From Cyanidioschyzon merolae (taxonomy: Eukaryota), in the NCBI GenBank assembly GCA_000091205.1, contig AP006489.2: a DNA stretch of 64,000 nucleotides. The stretch is one strand, 5' to 3'. The translations under genes and the position numbers were made by a program. The notes beneath the pieces were generated by a model. That model had not been told where the DNA came from, searched no databases, and saw only the letters and a list, made by a program, of their open reading frames with translations. Positions 35,539-45,523 of this stretch are shown piece by piece (positions within the stretch are counted from its first letter, which is position 1; every line of letters starts with the position of its first letter).

Positions 35539-35642
35539 AGATATTGCTGGTGACACAAGAAGCAGCACCGGCGATTGTCCCCGAGATTGCTAGCAGCGTA
35601 TTGCGTGGCAACCTGGCGCTCGCCTTCGGTGTCGGGTGAGCT

Positions 35643-36329
35643 TTGACTGAATACCAACCTCCTTGGCTCGTTCTCGTATGGCTCATGTCCCTTACTGCAG
35701 CAGAGAATAGTGGTGCTCGAGTTGTTGATACCGAGCCGAATGAGGTTGAGGCTCGTCGTTGCCAGGTCTGTGGGCACCAGGTGCCGCTCTCTAACTGGAC
35801 ACTTCACGAAGTTCGCTGCGCCCGTGGTGCCTGTACCTGTGAGCACTGCGGCTCCCGGATGCACGAATCAGAACTGGACGCACACTGGAAGACCGAGTGT
35901 CCCTGCACCTTAGTGGATTGCGTGTACTGTGAGCTACCGGTCAAGAGGAGCGACATGGAAGGCCACGTGCGCCGCTGTGGCGCACGTACCGAACGCTGTA
36001 AGGCCTGCGGCGACTACATTCGTTTAATTGATCGGCTTGAGCACGAGTTGTATATCTGCTCGGCGTCAAGAGCGCATAACGGTGAAAGCGATGCGTCGCA
36101 CCCTGCGAAGGAGTCTGTCCACGCGTGCGCAGCCTCGCTCCCGGAGAGCGCCCCGGACACGGTGACTTCGACAACCCCAGCCAGGCGACCGCAGACAGCG
36201 CGAGGGCGCTCGGGAGTACCCTCCAGAAAGCTCTCCGCAAGCAAACCTTGGCTGCTAACCATGGGAGCAATTCTCGCCGTTGTCGTTTTGCAGGGTCTCC
36301 GGAGCCGTGAGCGACGCCCCGCTCCATAG
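35643..36329 (+). CDS. TRAF-type zinc-finger protein with a C-terminal transmembrane (tail) anchor
   Basis: Cys/His spacing is typical of TRAF-type zinc fingers: CQVCGHQVPLSNWTLHEVRC..CEHCGSRMHESELDAHWKTEC.....CVYCELPVKRSDMEGHVRRC....CKACGDYIRLIDRLEHELYIC. The C-terminus is hydrophobic (KPWLLTMGAILAVVVLQGL). Confidence 0.6.
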   Translation: MTEYQPPWLVLVWLMSLTAAENSGARVVDTEPNEVEARRCQVCGHQVPLSNWTLHEVRCARGACTCEHCGSRMHESELDAHWKTECPCTLVDCVYCELPVKRSDMEGHVRRCGARTERCKACGDYIRLIDRLEHELYICSASRAHNGESDASHPAKESVHACAASLPESAPDTVTSTTPARRPQTARGRSGVPSRKLSASKPWLLTMGAILAVVVLQGLRSRERRPAP

Positions 36330-37263
36330 GCCGCGGTCGGCGGGAAGCGCCAAGTTTCGATCGAACTGTAACTATGACGCTCGAGGAGCTGCCTCCTATT
36401 CTCTCAATTGTTGACGGAACCGTCGCTCGTAGCGAGGCTTGTTGTGCTTGTGTCTCGCGTCGATCGCAAGCCGCCACTGACTATGCACGACAACAAGCGG
36501 AATGCTTTGAACACGAAGGAATATCACAGGGTAGCGACATAGCTGGTGGCGTGGTTGAGCCCCAGCGCTTCACTGGAGCGCTGCCTCTTGTCGGACGTCT
36601 CCAGGCTGTTACTTACCCGGCAGCACTGCGCTTTCCACAGCTCTCCTTGGCGCTGATGCGAACTTTGCTGTCTCCCTCGGACGCATTTGGCTATGAGCAC
36701 CGAATTGTTCGTGGACTTGTAGGCATCGTATTCGTCTAGCTTCCAGAAGAATTCTGACTCTTCTGACTCATCGGGGTAGATGGTCTGACGCTAGAGCAAT
36801 CCATGCCAGATGCGAATAAAGTCGTATCCGCATAGACAGACACTCTTGTGGAATTCACTGACCAAACCAAGGAAGAGCTCGTCGAATACAGCGTGGCGAG
36901 AGTGCCCAGCGCGGTTCAACGGCTTGGGGCCTTGGTCAGGCATCCGCTGTGAAGTCAGCGACCAGGCAGCGAGAACGCGTTTGTCCTTTGGTTCTCGAGG
37001 TGTTGTCGTTGTTCTGCGAGTACGCGGCCGGCATTCGAGTCTAGGCGGCTGGCACACTCCTTGTCCTTCCGAAGAAACGCAGTCACTTGGGAGGAGGTTC
37101 CAGCGGCGAACACGGTGCTCGTTAGCGAGGCTTGCTGCCGTCAACCAGCCAGCTGGCCGGCTTGGAGCGCGCGCTACCTGCTCGCACTGATACTTTTCTC
37201 TGTTTCCTGGGCGGTTTTCGGTACGAAGCACCCGTTGAAGCAGCGGATTCTGTGTAGTAGTGC

Positions 37264-38886
37264 GTGTTCGCGCTATCTAGTGCACAATCAGTTCCGTTTC
37301 ACGCCATGGCTCGCAGGCACCTTTTCGCTGGCAGGTTTGCGGGATTCGCACCCGTCACTGGTGCGCTCTGGTTACGTCCAGGGCAGCGGGCGAGCTCACC
37401 GGTGACAGGCGCCTCGGACTCAGTATCGCGCCTTGGACAACGGCATCCGGTTTCTAGGCGTTGGCGGCAACAGCGAACCGGGCTGTTCAACGTGCGACTG
37501 TCCACGCGTCGGCTCCGGGTCTTTATCTCCACGGGGGAGGTCTCTGGTGATATGCACGGTGCTGCGCTAGCCCGGAGCCTCAAGCAGCAAGCGATGCATC
37601 GAGGTGGCTCGAGACAGCAGCAGCAGCTGCTGCTGCTGCGCGGAGTAGGCGGCCCAGCGATGCGACAAGAAGGTGTCGAGCTCTACGCCGACACGCTTCG
37701 CATCTCCTCCATTGGCCTCTATGAGGCACTGCGCTTTGTGGTGCCTGCTTATCTCGCATACGAAAAAGCAAAAAAGGAGCTGCTCGAGGATCCTCCGGAT
37801 GTCGCCGTTCTGATCGATTACACTGGACCGAATATGGCGCTGGCCACCTGGTTTCGCCAAAACCTGCCTGGTGTGCCGGTAATCTCGTACATCGGACCTC
37901 AGCAGTGGATCTGGGAAGCGAATGGGAAGCCAGCGCACCGTCTATTGGATTATTTTCCGATTCTGGCGACATGCTGCCGTTGTCTGGTTGCGATTTTCCC
38001 GCTAGAGGCAGCGTTCTACTGCCGAAAGCTCGAGGAGCTCGGGGCGCTTCCAAATCCACCGCCGCAAATTGTCTACGTAGGACATCCGATTCTGGATCTG
38101 GTTGAGCCCGTGACGCGAGACGCCGCTCGGGCAATGCTTCCATGGACAAGCTCGGAGCACGTGTGTGTGGCGTTGATGGTCGCCTCACGCCTACAGGAAA
38201 TCGGTGCTTTGCTTCCGGCGACAACGCGCGCAGCCCTGGCTATGGAAAAGTCGCTAGAGGCGAAGGACCCCCCGAAGCGCATTCGGTTTATCATTCCAAC
38301 GGCTAGACCTGAGTTTTCGGATCAAATTCGTCGTGTCTTGTTGGATCAGGGCGTGCCGTCGTCACGTATTGCGTCATGGGATCCGAACCTGCGCGAGATG
38401 CATCCCGAGACGCTCTTTTTCCTGGTACCACGAGATTATGCTCGCCTGGTGCTTGCAGCAGCCGATCTTGCAATCTGCAAGTCGGGCACGGTAAATTTGG
38501 AGGCGGCGGTGCTCGGTGTACCTCAAATCGTGCTGTATCGTTTATCGTGGACCTCGGCCTTTGTCATCCGTCACCTATTCCAGATGCAACTACCGTACGT
38601 GTCAGCAGTGAATGTAGTCTGTCTGGATCAGGCGATTGTGCCGGAGCTGCTGCAGGAGCACGTCACACCGGAGCGAATCCACGAAGAGGCCATGGCGTTG
38701 CTAGAGAATCGCAACGGCTGTGCTGACCGGATGCGTCACTCGTACCAGAGCCAGGTGCTGCCGCGCCTGCGTCTAGCCGAGGACTGCCCTGAGCCGGTCG
38801 TCGAGCGAACTGCGGCCGGCAGAGCTGCCGCCGTTGTTTGGCGCTACCTAGACCAGGCGCAAGAAAGCCGCACACTGGTCACCTGA
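37264..38886 (+). CDS. lpxB: Lipid-A-disaccharide synthase (LpxB, GT19) with an organellar-presequence-like N-terminal extension and an internal QQQQLLLL insertion
   Basis: Colinear with bacterial LpxB: 'RVFISTGEVSGDMHGAALARSLK' vs '[22 protein letters not shown]', 'GVGGPAMRQEGVE', 'PDVAVLIDYTGPNMALA', 'AICKSGTVNLEAAVLGVPQIVLYRLSWTSAFV'. A (cag)4(ctg)4 tract lies at about 37610-37640. Confidence 0.85.
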   Translation: MFALSSAQSVPFHAMARRHLFAGRFAGFAPVTGALWLRPGQRASSPVTGASDSVSRLGQRHPVSRRWRQQRTGLFNVRLSTRRLRVFISTGEVSGDMHGAALARSLKQQAMHRGGSRQQQQLLLLRGVGGPAMRQEGVELYADTLRISSIGLYEALRFVVPAYLAYEKAKKELLEDPPDVAVLIDYTGPNMALATWFRQNLPGVPVISYIGPQQWIWEANGKPAHRLLDYFPILATCCRCLVAIFPLEAAFYCRKLEELGALPNPPPQIVYVGHPILDLVEPVTRDAARAMLPWTSSEHVCVALMVASRLQEIGALLPATTRAALAMEKSLEAKDPPKRIRFIIPTARPEFSDQIRRVLLDQGVPSSRIASWDPNLREMHPETLFFLVPRDYARLVLAAADLAICKSGTVNLEAAVLGVPQIVLYRLSWTSAFVIRHLFQMQLPYVSAVNVVCLDQAIVPELLQEHVTPERIHEEAMALLENRNGCADRMRHSYQSQVLPRLRLAEDCPEPVVERTAAGRAAAVVWRYLDQAQESRTLVT

Positions 38887-40022
38887 TCCACTGCGAGCAC
38901 TGCTTGTGTGCTGGTCCAGCGTTGCCAAAGTCGCTCTCTCCGCTCGGAACGAAAAGTTCGCAGTGCGCACTCATCGTTCCACCGAGGATGACACATGCAA
39001 ATTCAGGAGCGGGCGAGGTCTCACAGACGCTGCCAAGACGCAGAAAGTCATCTAATTGGCGATCGAGTTTCTCATTTACGTAAGGTAAAAGGAGCAAGCA
39101 TGATTCAGGTCGACTTGGAGGGTTTGTGGCCTTTGTAGCCGCACAAATCCATGTGCATGGCATTGCAAATTACAGGTAAGTGCGTGGTGCCTCCTTGCGG
39201 TATAGGATATAGCCCTCATATCGGATTCCTCCAGCTGCGCGATCATCGTCCGTATCGAGTACGCAGGTCTCGCCCCGTGGATATGCATTCCGTCGAACAC
39301 ATATGAAGTCTGTTGCCACGCTCGCCAAGACACGCGTCGATAAGGTTATTCGATTGCGTTCCCACGAACGTCCTAACTCGCTCGCATTTGGACTCGGGGC
39401 CAGCACAGCACATTGTTTCGCGTTGCCTGCTTGGTGCACGCAGGACAAGGCCTCGTCCTCACCTCCGGAACATCGTGGCGATACCGTCTCTTCAGCGAGC
39501 GCAACCGATCGCGCGTTGTGAATGCTGTGCCTTCGACAGGGTCTTCGCTATCGCTTCGAGATACCGAATTCGTACACGACTTCGAAGTCAGCAGGCATGC
39601 TCCTGAGTCTGGATGGAGGCGGCAGTAACGCATATGCAGCATGGTGCGCCCAGCAACCGCCCGGAAGAGTGCTCTGCGTTCACCTCAGGTTTTCAGATGG
39701 GCGCCCATAACCCATATACATTCGACGATGCGCCTTTTCAATGACCAGCGCGAATGCTTCGAAGAGCGATTTCAGTCACCATCACATGATACAGATAAAA
39801 GTTCCGTGCACGATATTTGGTGCAAGCTGCTTCCTGGCCAGCGCTGCTGCCCAAGCAGACGCTCACAACGACTCGGCATCGTGCTCGGCGCTCATGCGGC
39901 GCCCCAAGTCACGCTACCGAGTCGTTGTGAGCGTCTCCGTCCATTCAAACGGTTGCCGCTCTCGATCGACAGCATGAGCGCGAAAGCAACGACAATTGCG
40001 TCGTAGCATCATGTGCATCGCG

Positions 40023-41984
40023 TCAAACGCCTGATTCGAATGGTGTACGATCCTCGCGTTCTGTCTCCGCGTCAAGGTGCTGGCGACGTCGATCCTGCCG
40101 TTTTGTCCATCGATGGAAGGCTAGTGCTCCTGTCGAGATGCTCATCGTACTCATGGTCGCCAATGTCGGAAACCGTCGGGGCGACGACAGCGTAAAAGAT
40201 ACGCCGTACATGAGCAGTTCAGCGAGTGAGCACAGGGCGGCTTCGACGGCGGAGACCTCGCCGACAGCGCTTGCATCGACCATGGTTTGCATGATTTCGG
40301 TTTCGGCGGTGTCCCAGCACCAGAGGCCCCAGCGAGAGAGTGTCACGAAGACGAGAACACCAATGAGCAAGGGCGGTTGCTGATACGTTATCTGCGCGAC
40401 TGAGTTCTGCGCGGCGCTGGGGAGCGGCACCTCAGGAACGCGGACGAGCCACAAAAGCAGCTGCGCTGGGAGCAAGCACGCAAGCTGGCACAGCACGCCA
40501 ACGCGGCCTACCTGCAGCACAGACCAGTGGAGACGGGTGACAAGGATCTCGAAACTGAAGGTTGCAAGGATACCGATGATTGCGGATGCAGCACGGAAGA
40601 TGCCAATGGTGCTGCCATTCACGCCGCAATACGTCAGGAAACCGAACAGGAGGCCGCCAGGCGAAAGCACCGTGAAATAGAGACTAACATGTGCAAGGGA
40701 TGGTACAAAAGTTTCCTGTTCGTAATATAGTCGCCAGGATGAGAAGAGCTCTCGCAGGTGTTGATAAACCGTTCGAGCCGCAACCGCGACTCTAGTGGTT
40801 GTGCTTGGGATTGGCTCCTCACGAGTCGATGCTGTGCCCTGTACTTTGCGCCCGGTTCTCCGCGCTGCATCCTGCTGCTCGTTTGAGGCGTTCACGTTCT
40901 CGCCTCGGGCGCAGATTTGGCTCGCCCTGAACAGCGCAACGAGCTGAATAGCTAGCAGAAACGCCCCGAAACGCGCCACAAGTACAGAGCCTTGCACTTC
41001 ACCGCGCGAGGAGAGGAGCCAACCCACCAGCAGCGGCATTCCGATATCGATCGTCATGGTGATACGGCGCATACGCGCGTTTGCGATCGCCAGCTGCTCC
41101 TCTGTTTTGGAGCCATCTATTGCACCACTTTGGTACTGCTGGGCATGCACAGTGAGCGGTAACCACCGTTTCCAGAGCGAAATTTCCAGTGCGAATTCGC
41201 TGAGTGCCGCAATTGTACCGAAAACACAGAACCATAAAGTACCCTCAGGAATCGCGGTTGCCTGATCGTTTGGCCGGTACCGCGCAAGCAGAGGCATCCA
41301 AATCGCACAGAGCGATGTGCTGACTCCATACAATACGGAGGCAACGGCCGCTGTTCGGAAGCGCCAGCCCCAATCCAGCATTTTTCCAACCGTTGGGCCG
41401 AGTAGAAAGCACGCTCCGCGGCTGCTCAGCATGTAGATTGCCGCCGGCACGAACGAGCCATCCGTCCGGTTCAGCGCTCGCTGTGAGACTATCATTAAGA
41501 ATATTGGAACAACGAAGGTGAACGCCCTCTGGACGCCGCAGATGAGGGCATATGCAGTGTACAGCGGCAGGAACGCCAAAATGGACGGCTTCGCTTGTCG
41601 GCTGTGCTGCGTCGCTGGCTCACCGGTGCGGTTGGCGTCGTTCGCGGGGGTACTTTCGACTTCCGAACTTGCGTGAGTCCCTCCCGAGTCACTTTCAGGG
41701 GGTCTGCGACTCTCTGAAGGTGGCAGGAATTCCGTGTCCGCAGAGACAGTCGCAGACCTGCTCTCCGCAACGTGCTGTGCCTTCTGAGTGACCGCCTGCT
41801 GGAAGCCCGACGTTGCGACCTTTTCGGGCTGCGCAAGCACTACGCAGGTTTCAGCGGTCGCTTCAGCACACATATCAGAGCACACAGTGCCTCTCGTCAG
41901 GGTCAAAGTGACGGCTCCTGGTAAACAGTCTTGCCTCGCGTCGCCTCTGGGACAAGTCGACCGACCGTGCCTCAATTTGAGCAA
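40023..41984 (-). CDS. Multi-pass membrane transporter of the MFS-like superfamily, probably ferroportin/SLC40 family
   Basis: 653 aa with about 10-12 hydrophobic helices. 'RWGLWCWDTAETEIMQTMVDAS' resembles the ferroportin 'RIGLWSFDLTVTQLLQENV' block. N- and C-termini are hydrophilic. Confidence 0.4.
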   Translation of the reverse strand: MLKLRHGRSTCPRGDARQDCLPGAVTLTLTRGTVCSDMCAEATAETCVVLAQPEKVATSGFQQAVTQKAQHVAESRSATVSADTEFLPPSESRRPPESDSGGTHASSEVESTPANDANRTGEPATQHSRQAKPSILAFLPLYTAYALICGVQRAFTFVVPIFLMIVSQRALNRTDGSFVPAAIYMLSSRGACFLLGPTVGKMLDWGWRFRTAAVASVLYGVSTSLCAIWMPLLARYRPNDQATAIPEGTLWFCVFGTIAALSEFALEISLWKRWLPLTVHAQQYQSGAIDGSKTEEQLAIANARMRRITMTIDIGMPLLVGWLLSSRGEVQGSVLVARFGAFLLAIQLVALFRASQICARGENVNASNEQQDAARRTGRKVQGTASTREEPIPSTTTRVAVAARTVYQHLRELFSSWRLYYEQETFVPSLAHVSLYFTVLSPGGLLFGFLTYCGVNGSTIGIFRAASAIIGILATFSFEILVTRLHWSVLQVGRVGVLCQLACLLPAQLLLWLVRVPEVPLPSAAQNSVAQITYQQPPLLIGVLVFVTLSRWGLWCWDTAETEIMQTMVDASAVGEVSAVEAALCSLAELLMYGVSFTLSSPRRFPTLATMSTMSISTGALAFHRWTKRQDRRRQHLDAETEREDRTPFESGV

Positions 41985-44900
41985 CCACCACTCTGTCTAT
42001 GTGTATATGCCCGCTAGAGCCTGCAATGAAGAGCCAGGTTTAAGTTCCTCAGGTATCCCACGGCTTATCTGAGAACCATTCTGCATGCAGCGTACTTCTG
42101 AGTCCTCAGCTGCGTCACCAGCTGTGTAGCGCAGCACTTGGTGGATGCTCGTGCTGACGGCAGACGCAGGCCCCCCTGCGGACACCCGGGGATTCGTTGC
42201 GATCGACTCATCGGGGACATACCCCGAGCGGGTGGATGGGCGCTCTCCAGCTGGGTAGTTATCCACCCTGAGGTGCGTTTCATGAAATGCTTTTACGTGG
42301 CCTATAGCAGATGCTTGTGAAGTGGGTTCGTTGGAAGAAATAAAAATGTATGGGAAAGGTATGGATGTGGAAGCTGGCGGACTAGAGAGTCGTCATCGCT
42401 GGCTACCGACAAACTCAAAGCGAACAATCCTCTTCTCATTGAGCATCGAGCGAGGAGGAGCGAGTGACGAATAAAAGCAGAAGAGGGGAAATAGTCGAGA
42501 TATCGTGTTTAACCGATGGGAGTATGATGAGACTTTAGGGGTAGAGCGGGCACGAGTTCCAGTTATTCATGCATCGGTGCTAGCGAAAATACACACATGG
42601 AGTTCTTGAATCGATACTTGAACGCCGCCTTCAATATCATACGATGTGCGGCGCTGAAGACGAGAACCGAGGAGCTGACGCGAGCCAATTTTGTGGGGAA
42701 GCCTCTCAGGCTCGAAGCGTGCAGGGAAAATCTGAAACAGACAGCAGTGGGCAAGTCAAAAATTGCTTGGAGCGTGTCTTTGAGTCCATACATATAAATG
42801 TACATACGTAGGTATCCTCCATGGTAGCAAAGCTCTTTCTATTCCACTGATCACGTACATACAGAGGGCGGGGAGTCGAAGGTTCTGCATGTTGCCTCCT
42901 TGAGACGCTGCCGATTCGACATACTTGGTGCTTCGTTGGGATGCGTCCATTTTAGGTAAAGATTTTTTTTTTGATCTGTAGCAGAGCGGCAAACGAGTCT
43001 TTTCAGATACTGCGAGATGCACGAGTGCAGCTGCGAATGAGACCAGACGCCGTAAGTTTTGCAAGCGTGTTCAATGCTGAATACTGCCATGCAACATCGA
43101 TGAATCGCCCAGCACGTGGCGACGCTGGATCGAGTCCCTACATAGCATAGAGTAGCTAGTCTGGATAAAGGAGCTTGGGATGGTGCGCGAATGCGTTCCC
43201 GTCGTTGACCTTGCAGCCTGTAGCGCCCGCATACATGGCGCGAGCCCAGAATATTTATCAAGTCAAATGCGCCGTGGTTCGTTGGTCTTTCGTCGTCAGT
43301 TCGAGGTGCCCTGGATGCCCTTTGGAGAACGAATTTTCTGAAGTTCGCTTCTTCCTGGCTGTCTGGCTGGGTGCACCAGGGCCATTGTGCGACAGGTTCG
43401 TGGCAAACAACACGTCAACAGATGCGTGCGTCTTGTAGGGATGGTGCCGTCGCATCCAGGCCTCCCGCCGGGGCGCTGAGCAAACTTCACGCGACTCCAG
43501 CACGGCTTCGCCATCCAGCCGGCTCCGTCAATCACGTGGCGGACGCTGGGCTCCAGCACAGCGAAGCTGGATCACGTCCCGTACGTTTCGGGAGTCGCCA
43601 GCAGCCCCCGATCATTGAACTGGGAAACATTCACAAATAAAATACCTCCTTGTCGTTGATGCCAAGACGCGCTGGATTTCCCCAGGCTACCTGATGGCCT
43701 TCTCAACTGTGCTCGGTATCTGGTATCGAGCGCCCACAAACATGGGCAGTCGCACCAGCGACTCAACTCCACATCCAGTCACGCGAAGCCTGTCACTGCG
43801 AGATCCCCGATCAACGCCCTGTATAGCCAGCCCCGGGCACCGTGCCCCGACTTGCACCAGCGCGTCCATCTGTTGTCCATAGTGAGTCCAGCGAGCGATC
43901 AACCACGCAAATCGGCGACTCGAGAACGGACACGTAGCAGCGATCGCACCGTGCGACTCCAGGTGCTGCGTACGCATGCCCGCCGCCACAGCACGGATGA
44001 CGGCGAGTTTTTTTTCATGGACAAAACGTTTACCTAGCCAGCGTTCTCCGATTATGCACATTTCTCTTTCCTTTTGGTTTTTTTTCAGTGCACGGTGAGG
44101 TATCCATCAAGCCCCTACTCCCATGTTACATGACCTGCACTTCATCTCGAATATTCTGGTCGTATCATAAGTCCTATCGTGTGTGCCTAGTGCCTGCCGA
44201 AAGCGACAGCAATGGCGCCTGTAGCGCCGGGGCGGTCGCAGCACGGAGACAGAACGGCGTTGCCGTACCACAAAGGGCGTCGGCTCGAGGGGATACCGGC
44301 GAGTACGCACGCATTTGCGGCCGGTGGTGCGAGTCGTTGCGAGCCGCTTCCGCCGCCATCGGATACAGCAGCGCAGGCGTCCGTTTTGTTTTCTGATCCT
44401 GCAGCATCGATGTATCCGAGAGACTGGGCGTATGCAGCGGAAACGCGCATACCACTATCAGCTCGAACAGAGACAGCAATTCGCCTGCACGGATACGCCT
44501 TAGATTCCACCAGGTCCAGTCTACTGTCTCCCGCGAACGCACCCAGTGAATACTGCGAGCCTCTAGACTCGGGGCCTGCAGCGGGCGCTCTCGCTGTGGC
44601 GCCGTGTGCGCATCGAGCGTGCCATGGCGGCTTCTGTGCGCCGCTGCGGGCGTTCGCCCTGCAAGGCGGCGCACTGTCCAACTGAATGGCGCGTCGCTGC
44701 TCGGCTCGCTGGCTCCTGTGTGGGGCTCTGTTCCGCAACGGCTTTGTACTCTGTGGGTGCAGTTGAGACGGCGTACTCTCGGGGAGCGGGTTGCTCACTG
44801 GTACGCAGGACCAATTGAGGTGCAAGATAAATCATTTCAAGCTCTCACAGTTACTGTTACGCTGATTCTACACAGCATCTGTGACATAATTTGGTACTGT

Positions 44901-45523
44901 TGGAACTCGGGTGTTGTTTACACTCGACTCGGGTGGCGCATTGTCACCGACCAGCTGTTTCACTGACTGTTCCACAGCATCTGTGCGTACTTCGGATCTC
45001 TCGGGACAAGTGTGTCGGTTGTGTACAACGCAAGCGGTGCTTTGTTATCGAGTTGGTGTTCCACTGGCTTTTCCAAAGCATCACTGACACAATCGGCTCC
45101 GGTTGGAGCGTTTGCGTCGTTTGTGGTTGACGCAGCTGTGTCGCTCTGTTATTGTTTTGCTCGCCGGGCAGCCTAGTAACCCCAGCATTCTTTCAAAAGG
45201 CTTCGGACCACCAGAGTGTGTGCACACGCCGCCGCACACTGTGGAATTTTAATGTCGATTGCGTTTCAAAGGCTATTCACGGTGTCTGCACACTAGAGCC
45301 GTGTTCTTGCCGAAGACGTGTATCACGAGTTCGGGACGGTGACGCCAGCGACAAGTGCCCCGAGCGTAAGCGGCAGTTGGCCGTCTCCGACTGTGTTACG
45401 ACGATTTAGCGGGCGCTTCTTCGGCTCTGCTTTGGGGGGAGTAACTGAACGCGCAAAAAATCGCTCCACGGCAGAGCGGCTGGACGGCGACTGAACAGCT
45501 CCTCAACTGCCCGCAAGCTGGGA

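Noticed and set aside
35086-35864. ORFs encoding poly-Leu (LLVLLLVLLL...) and poly-Cys (CCCLCCCLCC...) stretches
   Set aside because: These are artefacts of translating the (CAGCAGCACAAG)n microsatellite in different frames.
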